Position numbers and translations under genes: made by a program
Notes under the pieces: model-generated
The model's database searches: none
Seen by the model: only the letters and a program-made list of their open reading frames with translations
Told to the model about the DNA's origin: nothing
NCBI GenBank assembly: GCA_951406725.2
Contig: OX597827.1
Location: 49,352,001-49,416,000 of the forward strand
Length of the DNA: 64,000 bases
Source of the DNA: Octopus vulgaris
Taxonomy: Eukaryota
Reading direction: 5' to 3'
In this document: in pieces, positions 11,211 to 22,650 of the stretch
Position numbering within the stretch: position 1 is the first letter of the stretch
How the letters are laid out: every line of letters begins with the position of its first letter

Positions 11211-12404
11211 CATAATCTTTGAATGCATCAGTACAAACCAAACTCGCTGCTGGCAATAAATATCTCTGTGATGTCTGCACGGTCGAAGCTATTGCGATTT
11301 TATTTGCTAAAGAACATAAGACCAAGTGGATTACGTCTTGCAAACATCGGCTAAAAGATAAATACTTTAATATCCTTTTCACCCTTTGTACACCCGAACG
11401 ACTAAAGCATGTCTTTCCAACTTCTTTCCCCCTTTTTTTTATTATATATATATCTATCTGTATCTTCTAGATATTGGCCCTTCCTTTATATTTGTACTTT
11501 ATAACTCTCCTCATCTTCATTTTCATCCCCTTATTGTGTTTGTGGTTCCTTATTTATTCATGTTTTATTCACTGTCTTCCAGGTTTTACTTTTATACCTC
11601 TTCCTTATGTTTTTCGTTTGATTTTTATTGTGGTTTATTTTTTGCTCGTGTTTTTCTATCTGGTCTACCGCCATGTTAATTTTCTGCTCTTGCATATATT
11701 TCTACATATTTCTCCTTCCTTCATTTTTTTTTATATTTCTGGTAAAGTCAACAGGCTGTGTAGCCTGAGGTGCTGCTAGGTATATACAAAATACATAAGA
11801 CTATGATTGGTACATATTTTATTATCTTATAAGCTGGGACCCAACGAAATTCTTAATAGCATTTCTTTATCACTACATCAATTGCAGTTTCACTCTTTGG
11901 ATATGTGTGTTCTCTCTGAACATTCTAATTTCCTCACGATATACGAATTCATATATTTCCATATGTTGTTCACCTTCCTGCTATCCGGTTTCTATTGAGC
12001 TTCACGTTGTGTTTTTGGTTTTTTTCTTCAGAATTAAGGTTTTTCGAGAATAAAAAAAGTTAAACATACTTTCAATAAAGTCTCAAATGAAAAAAAAACT
12101 ATTTTCACTTAATCTTATATTCTGATTTAATATACTTGAATTAGGTATATGCCATTTACACAAATTATATACGATTAATATTAGTTTCCAATTTTAGCTC
12201 AAGCAATTTTGAGGGAGTGGTGAGTCGATAACATCGACTAGGGTGCTCAACTGGTACTAATATTTATCGACCTCAAAAGGGTGAAAGATGAACTTGATCT
12301 CGGTGTAACTGAATTTAGAACGTAAACGCCTCTAAGTATTTTGCCTGTTGTACTAACGGTTGTGCCAGCTCGCTGCCCTAATAAAACAAATAAATGTTTC
12401 TTTC

Positions 12405-12645
12405 TCGAGCCGTGCCAGGCCCATGAGGGCCGGTTTCCCAGTTTCAATGGCGTAGATATTTCACACTTGGACGGGACGCCGGTCCGTCGCAGGATTACTC
12501 ATTTTTGCCAGCTGAGTGGATTGGAGCAACGTTAAATGAAGTGTTTTGCTCAAGAACACGACGCTTAGCCGCCCCTTTCAGAGATCGAAATTACGATCTT
12601 ACGATCATGAGTCCAACACCCTAACCACTAAGCCATGCGCCTCCA
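12405..12645 (-). mobile_element. tRNA-derived SINE family C with Meta-like core
   Basis: Minus strand GGAGGCGCATGGCTTAGTGGTTAGGG head, then GTGTTCTTGAGCAAAACACTTCATTT...CCACTCAGCTGGCAAAAATGAGTA core. Confidence 0.75.
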
Positions 12646-12807
12646 TCGCGTCCCTTGTATATGTTATTAATATGGAGCGCGCATTTGTTAGACGTCAGGT
12701 TGCCATAAGTTCATATCAAACCATTTTCAAGAGAAATCCAAGAGAAATCCAAAAATACCCTAGCAATACCGGAAATACCTTTGTTAACAACAAATTCTGA
12801 GAAGGAA

Positions 12808-13173
12808 ACATGGTTCCAGGTTCAGTCCCACTGCGTGGCACCTTGGGCAAGTGTCTTCTACAATAGCCTCGGGCCGACCAAAGCCTTGTGAGTGGATTTA
12901 GTAGACGGAAACTGAAAGAAGCCCGTTGTATATATCTATATGTGTATGTGTTTGTGTGTCTGTGTTTGTCCACCCCCACCCCCACCCCCAAATCGCTTGA
13001 CAACCGATGCTGGTGTGTTTACGTCCCCGTAACTTAGCGGTTCGGCAAAGAGACCGATAGAATAAGTACTAGGCTTACAAAGAATAAGTCCTGGGGTCGA
13101 TTTGCTCGACTAAAGCCGGTGCTCCAGCATGGCCATAGTCAAATGACTGAAACAAGTAAAAGAGTAAAAGAGT
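12808..13173 (+). mobile_element. SINE family A, 5'-truncated
   Basis: Collinear with 56828-57229 from CATGGTTCC onward. Confidence 0.9.
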
Positions 13174-13604
13174 TATTTTACGATCACGTCTCAAACTGGA
13201 GGCCGTGAGTTGCTCTGGTATAGTATGCAGAAACGGATGTGTGGTTAAGAAGGTTGCTTTACAAGAACATAGATTCGAGATCAGTTCCACTGTGCAGTAC
13301 CTTGAACAAGTGTCTCCTTTCATGACACCGAACTGGCCAATGCCTCTTGAAAGAATTTGCGAGATGGAAATTTTGTGGCATCTTGTATATATGCGTGTGC
13401 GTTTGTCTTTCACACCACCACCACCACTACTACTGCCATGAATGTGTGTGTAAAATTTCATGCATGTATGCGATATGAAGTAGCAAATATTCTTCGTGTA
13501 TTGCTCCTTAACGAAATGAGTGTCAACTTTTTCACAAGCCTTTAAGCGATAAAAGTTTGAACTACAAGGTTTCATTTGAAGTTAAGATTTATTAAATACG
13601 TGTT

Positions 13605-13618
13605 GTGCCCTCTGGCGG
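13605..13618 (-). promoter_or_regulatory. Candidate CTCF binding motif
   Basis: Minus strand CCGCCAGAGGGCAC closely fits the CTCF core consensus and lies in non-repetitive AT-rich DNA. Motif match only. Confidence 0.35.
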
Positions 13619-14223
13619 TCAGCTTTCCCAGGGAGACAATCCCTTCTTGATTAATTTACGCTGAGGTGGGTATGGAAGTTTGAAGTTGAAATGCGAAAGT
13701 AAATTGTGTACATAATATACACAATATCGCAATATTACTTTTACCTACACAATAAGACCTTAAAACTTCTAGTCTTTGGTATCCATGTATAGCACTATCT
13801 CATCCTCCTTTGGAATTGTCAAAACTGCATTACCCGAGGCCAAAATAGAAATTCGCTAAATTAAACTTCTTGAGAAGTTAGACAAGACTTATAGAGAGAA
13901 AACGTCTCCAGTTTAAGAGGCATTCATGAGGGATGCAGTTTTTCCCCCTCATCATATATATTTCAGCAACAGAGTGAGAAGGAGAGAGCGGTATTTCTTA
14001 CAAGTTTCATTTCCATTGGAATGCTTTGTATTAATTTCACAATTCTTCAGGTTAAATGAGAGAGAGACAGAGACAGGGAGACAGAGAGATAGAGAGATAG
14101 AGAGACAGACAGATAGATATATGATGGATAGCTGTGACCGGTTTATAGGGTTACTCTATATACACGTTAATTCAATGATGTTCTACGGGTGAAAGAATTG
14201 TAGCTTGGAACTGTATACTCACT

Positions 14224-14280
<57 letters not shown>

Positions 14281-15100
14281 GAAATGAGGTAATCAGAAGA
14301 TCGGATGGATTATTTATATCGGATGGTTTATTTATATATTACATTTTTTACATATATATCATATCATTTAGATCATATATATATATGACTGGAAGATATG
14401 CCGGAGTCTAACTTCCGTTTCTAGGTTGAGAGCTTATAATTACTTAAATAGGCTTTCAATGTAGCGTGGAGAATGAGCGCAACCATTTGTAGAACCAATG
14501 AACTCTTCGAGATGGTAACCAAATTGCTTATGTAATTGCACTCCATCTTAAATAAATGATAAGCCACATTCAATAACGATTTTTGATAGGGTTTTTTTTT
14601 TTAACTGAAGGCTGCATAGTGACGAACAAAATATTTTTGGTCCGTACTCTGCGCACTCACAGCTGAGTTGGGTTTTAAACAACGATAAATACGTAAAATC
14701 AAGCATAAAAAGGACATCTGCTAGAAACGCCAGGTTAGAGATTCGCGCACTTGTAAAATAGAAAGTTGATAAACTTAGATTATATGAGATTACCATCACA
14801 ATTGGAAGGCGAAAGCTCCCTCTAGGAATCTTTAATTCTAAAAATGCAACATGCTTCATTTAACTAAGTTTATCGGTTAACCGAAAATATAGGAAACGTA
14901 AAGAAATATATATAAATTTATGCGTTTGTATATATTTCTTTGGTTTGTTTCGTGTGTGTGTGTGTGTGTGTGCATGCAAACATTTACGAATCAGTACTTC
15001 TATACACACACGCAGATTAGTTGTATACTGCATTCAACCATTTAACTATGTATATATAAACATGTGTATAGATACATGTATACACAGATATATACATAAA

Positions 15101-15186
<86 letters not shown>

Positions 15187-15479
15187 CATATACACATGTG
15201 TGTTTGTAAGTGTGCATCATGACCATTTTGTAATATATACGTTATTGTTACAACTTTTTTACACACACACAGACACACGCGCACACACACACACGCGCGC
15301 GCGCGTACTTGTATGTGTATGCTAGTTTTAATAATGTAAACACTTATAATCGGTATGCATATAAGAGTAATACCTTGAGATTTAAAAGTAACAAGTTATT
15401 CCCAAAAGAGAATCAAAACTCACATCAATGGGAAAGAGAAACATGCTAAACACTGCACCACAGTTAAGTGTGATGATTG

Positions 15480-15488
15480 TACATACAG

Positions 15489-15520
<32 letters not shown>

Positions 15521-15673
15521 GCGCAGTACATACCAAATTAATCTCACTCTCTCTCACTCATTCTTTCTCCCTTCGTCCTTTCTTTCTCTTATATATATAT
15601 GTATATATACACACTCAAATATATATATATATACACTCATATATATATATATACTCTCAGATATATATATATG

Positions 15674-15716
<43 letters not shown>

Positions 15717-15821
15717 TCATATATAAACATACATATATACTCATATATATATATATACTCATATATAAACATACATATATACTCATATATATATATATAC
15801 TCATATAATCATACATATATA

Positions 15822-15854
<33 letters not shown>

Positions 15855-16478
15855 TCATATAATCATACATATATACTTATATATACTCATATAATCATAC
15901 ATTTATATTTATATATTTATATACACTCATATATACATACATATATACTTATATATTTATATACACTCATATATATAAACATATATACTTATATATTTAT
16001 ATACACTCATATATATAAACATATATACTTATATACACTCATATATATAAACATATATACTTATATATTTATATACACTCATATATATAAACATATATAC
16101 TTATATATTTATATACACTCATATATACATACATATATACTTATATATTTATATACTCATATATATAAACATATATACTTATATATTTATATAACTCATA
16201 TATATAAACATATATACTTATATATTTATATATACTCATATATATAAACATATATACTTATATATTTATATATACTCATATATATAAATATATATACTTA
16301 TATATTTATATATACTCATATATATAAACATATATACTTATATATTTATATACACTTATATATATATATACACACACATACATATACTTATATATTTATA
16401 TATATTCATATATATTTATACACACTCATATTCATACGTATATACTTATACACATATATAAACTCATTTATACACATA

Positions 16479-16547
<69 letters not shown>

Positions 16548-16560
16548 CATATATATATAT
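15480..16560. repeat. Compound (TA)n-derived low-complexity array with ~40-bp higher-order unit
   Basis: The unit tatataaacatatatacttatatatttatatatactcata repeats with period 40 around 15930-16360. Confidence 0.9.
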
Positions 16561-18849
16561 GTAGAGAGGGAGAGATAGAGAGAAGTGGGGGAATATTTGC
16601 AAGTATCAGATGAAAGTACATCCCAATGCACATATCAGTTTATTTAATGGCGAAAGTGCAGCACAACCGTCGGAAATGGTTTTATTACTAATGTTTAAAG
16701 TTTTAAAGTTGCTAAGACATGCAAAAGACACATCAAGTCCGAAAATAGTTCGAGGAACTAATATTGAATCTAATTATAAATATAGCCAAAGCTCAGACCA
16801 ATGCGTCCAGTTTCATTTTCGCTGTTCATTTACGAACCTCCTCTATTGTCTGACTTCAGATTCTTCCGAGCATAGCTTTGCATTTCATTTCTTCTGGGTT
16901 GATAGACTGAAAAGCCAATCAAATTCTAAGGTAGTTTGGATCGATCAACCTCTCCCAGGGAAAATTGTTGATGTTGTGTGTAAATTATTATTTAAGACCT
17001 GATGATTGGCAGATCGTTGGATAAAATGCTTTCGTATTTTTGTTTCGACACTTTACGTTTTCAGTTCAAATTCCATCGAAGTTAATTTAACCTCACATCT
17101 TTCTGAAGATGACAAAATATATACCAATGAAGATGGAAATTAGCATCAATTAACAACGCACGCCCCTCCGCCACTCTAAAACTAATTCTGGTTTTGTACC
17201 TAATATAGAAATTATTAAAGACTTGTAGCCTGAAGAACAAAAATGTATGAGAGAGTTTACATTAGATTGCCAGGTTAGTCCTGAATTTGTAGGGTTCCTC
17301 ATAGAAAAAATGGAATCTATATTGGACAAGATGGCGTATATATTGTTTTGAAATGAGGAACGGAGCGAAGAGGTCAGCTCAGACATATGTCATTAGTCTT
17401 AATTCCATAATATTTTGGACGAAGGGACTGAGGAGTCGCCGTAACAAATATCGTTGATGACTTTCGTTCGTAATTCTTAGTTACATTTGTAGCTCAACGA
17501 GGGCAGATTGGATAGTACCGATGGGCCCTTTAGTTGTCGGGTAAATTCTTTCTTTCAACATGTTGGCCATCATAACACCACATGACTTCAAAACGATCCC
17601 AGACTAGTCCTTTGTAGGGGGTACAAAAGCGAAAAGCTTCTGGTTGTTCAGAACGGAAAAACAACCCGCTACTTATGAAAGTAAGAGCGTCTCTATTCAG
17701 AAATACTGAAGAATCCTAAACAAAAGCAACTGCAATTGGAGGACATGGATGCTGCTCTTTGCGTGACCCTACCCGACACGACTCCAAAAGCATCGAAGAA
17801 TATCACCACGTCCTTCGTTCGAGATGACCAAGAGGCCGATTGAAAGCGAGCACAAGGAGTGGGAGGTTGCTAAGGACAGCATAGAGGGCAAGGAAAGAAT
17901 CAAATACACTTCGAGATGAGGCAAGCAAACGGTTTAAGGAGAAGCCACCTCCACCCGCATCGAAAAAGAGCTCACGGTTCTTCACAAAACAAATGAACTG
18001 ATGGAATTCTTAAATGAATAGAAGAAAGACGAAGGCTGTTGCAATGTGCTGAATGTGGAGGATTAAAGTGAGATTATCAAGAACAGCTATATGATAAGCT
18101 GCTAGCAAAAAATCTGCCCCACCAGATTTTTACTCTTTTACTGGTTTAAGCCTTCAAAGTGGCTATGCTGGGGCACCGCAACTGTTGTTGCTCGGCTTTT
18201 AATAGCCCTCCCTCTTGGGTTGCTTTTGGTGAATGAGAGAGTGAAGTGTTGCTATCATCATTTACATTTCTTGCCACGGGGGACGTTCATCTCGAATCTT
18301 AGAGAATAGGAATTCCAGTTATCTCTTGAAAGCATCCACATTCACACCATGTAGGTATCTCAAGTTTTTGACAGAATATAGAAGGCCAGCGCTATTTCCT
18401 CCTGCAGGTGTGAGATTTCTCGTTCAGTTTCACAAAATTATGAACAACACATTCATAAAATTCGCTCTTACATTATTAATATAGATTTTTCTAAAGCCTT
18501 AAATTATATGTCCAGAACACCTGCGATGTACCTAGACATCTTTTTCCGTACACCATTTACAAGCCACTGACAGAACGATTTCTAACTGTATTTGTTTAAT
18601 GACTTTAATCGCATAAATAGCTTCTAAATCATCGTCATTAACGCTTTTATAAAGGATCATGCTCTTCTGCAAATTTAGAACGTTGGGGGAAAATGTAATT
18701 CCCCGTTTTTAAATCGATATGTGTTTTATAGGAGAGAATTTTGCGATGAAAATGCACTGGTTGAGCTATTACTCCTACCTATTTATATTGCTTAATGCTT
18801 TAGTCAAATGAGATAGAGAGAGAGATAGATAGAGATATAGTGAGATATG

Positions 18850-18901
<52 letters not shown>

Positions 18902-20090
18902 GACTCTTTTCCTCTCATTATACTTCTCCCCGCTTCTATCTCTCTTCCCCTCCCTCTCCCTCCGTCCTCTCTCTCAGCTTCACCCCCTTCATCTCCAGGA
19001 ACAAGTACTCTGTTACACTTTGAGGATTTCTACCACCATCAAAACTAAATGTCAACAATACGATCTATTGCTGCTGCTGCTGCTGCTGCTGTTGTTACAC
19101 ATATGCTGCTGTTGCAGTTGTTGTTGCTGTTGTTACTGCTAGCGATGATAATGAAAACGATATCAGTGATGGTGGCGGTAGCAGGAAACCTCTTGTGACT
19201 CATAGCAAAAACTTGATAAGTGACCAGACATGGATAAACCAACGGCCTATAACACTAGTTCTTCGTGGTGCCATTAGCGACTACTACTATTTCAGAGCTA
19301 GTGTCATCAATTATAGATATTACGCTATGGCTGTTTCTAAAAACAGTCATTAATTATTTGATATGGCAATTAGGTTAAAAGGAATGAAACAGATGCGTTA
19401 ATTCGATCTCAAGTGACTTTACTATTGACATAAATCGTTTCTATCTTGAGATGTTAGCAAGAGCACCGTTGACGTATGAAATTCGCGGTAGGTTAGGTTT
19501 GCGAAGAGCCGTGCCGGCGACCCAGTTTCAACTACTGACTATCGCTTTTCTGTTTGGTTTTTACTTTTTCTTTTTTTTAGATTCAGTTCATCCCTGGTCT
19601 AATATTTCAGTGATCAAAGGCGTTCCAGTCGAGACAATCCCGTCCTTTTTTCAGAAGCAACACACCCAAAACTGCATGCAGTTTCTTTTTTCAAGATGGT
19701 AGAATGTAATTTCAGAGACAGATAGACAAACAGACAGACAGGTAGAAAGGGAGCGTGTTGCTATTTCTGACAGATCGAGCTCTTGTGTAGAGGCAGCTTT
19801 GTTGTTTTTGTTTAATCCCTGATCAGGCGGCCCTGAACCTCCTGTATTTTATTCGGTATATCTAACACCATATTATCCATTGATGTCTGGGTATGGTTTG
19901 AGTGAAAACTTACTGCTATTTCTAGTAGGTGGTGTGGTCACATACATGCTTTCTTGTTAGGACGTTTAGGCTTCTGAATATTTCCAAAACATCTCCAGAC
20001 TCCTCAAAATTCTAATCACTACTTCAACATGAAACGAAGGTTTGATGTTAAAGCAACCTCACACATACATGTAGAGAATTATTAGATTGT

Positions 20091-20460
20091 AGGCACAGTC
20101 ATGCAGTCAAGAAATTCACTTTAAAACCACATGGTTATGGGTTCAGGCCCACTTCACGGCACCTTGGACAAATGTCTTCTGCTACAGTCCCGGGCCGACC
20201 TACGCCTTGGGTGAATTTGGTAGACGGAAACTGTATTGATGATCGTCGCATATGTGTGTGTGTGTTCGTCCCCACCCCATCACACTGTTTGACGACCGAT
20301 GTTGGGTTGTTTACCTTCCCATGACTTATTATATCGTTTTCTTTTGCCGAGCCACTTAGTACCTTGCTTCAAAAATAGTACTAGGGCCGATTTGTTCAGC
20401 TAAAGCATTCAAGGCAGTGTCCAACATGGACGCCGTGACTGAAACATGTAAATGATAAAA
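20091..20460 (+). mobile_element. Old diverged SINE family A copy
   Basis: Retains accacatggtt, ggcaccttggacaaatgtcttc, ttggtagacggaaactg and gactgaaacatgtaaa landmarks. Confidence 0.7.
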
Positions 20461-20818
20461 ATGGCCGTTTGGAAATACAAAATCTGAAGAACAAGAATAA
20501 AGCTATAACCGAATAATATGTAAACTAGCAGCACTTTTGGATATTACACGGTCATTTTGAAAATTGTAAGATGGAATTGTACATTTTTCTGAAGTATCTG
20601 ATTTTGGGGATGATGTAAAAATTCAAATAGGTTGTATTTAAGATTCAATCTCAAGTAACATCTCAGAAGGCAATATTACGTCTTCTAATTTGTGAGTTAT
20701 CTCAAGAAGTAAACAAACATCACGGCACAGGATTGAAAGCATTGTCTATGTTATTCTGCTGCTGTACGTTGGTAAAGTTTTAGAGAATCTTAACACGATT
20801 ATTTAAAAAGACTATAAG

Positions 20819-21258
20819 ATTAATAGTTATCGCCATACTAATATGGCAATCTTATAAATATAAGACTAAAGCTGTCGATGATTAGCTCCAAGAGGCCACC
20901 GCCTCAAGCTAGCTATTTGACACACAATCTGCGTCCATTATAAACTTTCGAACAGGGGAGGTCAGCCGCTTCATCCTGCTAGTCAGACAACTGCAGACGC
21001 GTTTCAGGGTAGTTGCCCTTTATCAATGCAGTGTAGTCAGACCCAGCAGGTGTCGCTACTGACTGTCCCTGTTCGAAGAATCTATTTACCTAGTTTCGGT
21101 GGAATACATCCACTTGTTTTCAATAATAGAAATATTAAAATTACTAAGTCTCTCTAAAGAAGATTACGGCAGCGTTACTGGAAATTAATAGTTATCGCCA
21201 TACTAATATGGCAATCTTATAAATATAAGACTAAAGCTGTCGATGATTAGCTCCAAGA
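20819..21258 (-). mobile_element. Retrozyme-like element: 365-bp monomer with 75-bp identical terminal direct repeats and internal hammerhead
   Basis: 20819-20893 is identical to 21184-21258 (period 365). The HHR is at 20990-21032 and there is no ORF. Confidence 0.75.
20990..21032 (-). ncRNA. Type I hammerhead ribozyme motif, U3-A8 compensatory variant, with long extended stem I (20947-21077)
   Basis: ACTGCA | TTGATAA | AGGG-CAACTA-CCCT | GAA | ACGCGT | C | TGCAGT. Stem I continues through GTCTGAC/GTCTGAC, CCTGCTG/TAGCAGG, GTCAG/CTGAC and TTCGAACAGGG/CCCTGTTCGAA. Confidence 0.8.
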
Positions 21259-22386
21259 AGTTTTAACAGAACCATGAAATATATAATTTCTTTTAAACTT
21301 GTAGTTCTGTTCTTGAGATGCTGTAAAGATAGTAATAAACATGCAGCTGTAAGAGAAAACTGTATTCATGGTTATACATTTCTCATTTTTTTTTCTACCT
21401 TGAGAGTTATCTATTACTTTAATCAAATAATAGCGGCAATCCCTTTGTCCTGGGAAGGGTACTGAATTTGCGACACATCTTAATTACCAGCACTGACAAT
21501 ACAGTACAATATAGCAATGCTGTTTTCAGCAGCATAACCTAGTGCCTTGTATACCATATCATCGGCTTCCGAGCAAGACTTTTCAAGTTGCAGGCTTCAT
21601 TATGGCTACCAGAAGAAATATTGCTGTGAATCCCCCAAAGAAAGCATGTGAAACTGTATGTATCATTCTCAACCTCTGGTGTAGGGTCACACTTTTACAA
21701 GCCGTAATTTACAACTCCCATCTCTTCACCAAGATTGTAGCAACATGTGAGGCAGTCAAAAACAAACAAAAAAGTAGAATAGCAATAGAAATGGGTGAAG
21801 AGGACTAGCAACTTCAACGGAAAAACTTGCACCGTAAATGGAAAAGTATGCTGCCGTCAATAAGAAATCACGAGCTTTCAACGGCAAATCTCGTGCCGTT
21901 TGTTAGCGTAATGAGTATCTCTTATCCCTCCTGTTTGAGGACGTTTTCTGGCTCATAGCTGAAGAGGAACTCTATAAAAGGTCGCTCGATGTTTCACACA
22001 ACCGTCTTAATATAGTTCTACAAACCCCTGAAAATAAATATGAGACAGTCACAGAACGAAAGCTAACTGATCACAGCTGATCTCAAGTTAAACAGTAACA
22101 ACAATATTTCTGGCTCTAATCAACCCTGTCGTTCATCTCTTCATGTCCACTGCACGTCTTAGATCCCCCACTTTATAGATATTTCGTTAAATCATTCCAG
22201 TTCGTATTGAGCATATTCGAAAAGGTTATTCTGATTAGACCACGGAAATATGAAATGATAAATCAATTTGTGTAAGATTTGAATGCAGATTTTGAAAATA
22301 GGTAACTAAATATCGAAAAAGTGTTGTTTCTTATTACATCTGTTGACAAAAGGTACATAGTCATGCTCAGTTATAAAACACTGCAA

Positions 22387-22650
22387 CTAGGTTTTCATAC
22401 CTCGTATCAATATTGAACATACCATTTTTAACGACTGTTTCCCACTTTTGTGGAGGTCTTGGGCACAATTCAGTGGGCATATACATATTTCCCTGAGATC
22501 TGAGCCATTTTTCGTTAAGTAATTCGTAACTGAACAGAATGTGTTCTCAGATTCGCAGGTGTTTGGGGATTTAACCATGAACAGCGCAAATACCTTCACT
22601 GCAATACTCAAGAAAAGTTGTTTTTGTTGTCTAACTCCAGACCAACTCAC
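22387..22650 (-). mobile_element. Possible hAT transposase C-terminal dimerisation-domain remnant
   Basis: W......LFLSIAVKVFALF..SPNTCESENTFCSVTNYLTKNGSDL loosely fits W...P.LS..A...L..P.S...E..FS......K.R..L. Confidence 0.4.

Noticed and set aside
15477-16247. Long ORFs rich in Y/I/H/T/C/V/M (also 39332-39943, 40954-41688, 45456-46924, 59892-60697)
   Set aside because: They are translations of dinucleotide microsatellites and minisatellites that lack stops by composition.
17420-18430. GC-richer segment that may be a decayed retroelement ORF1 or UTR
   Set aside because: No recognisable motif or terminal structure.
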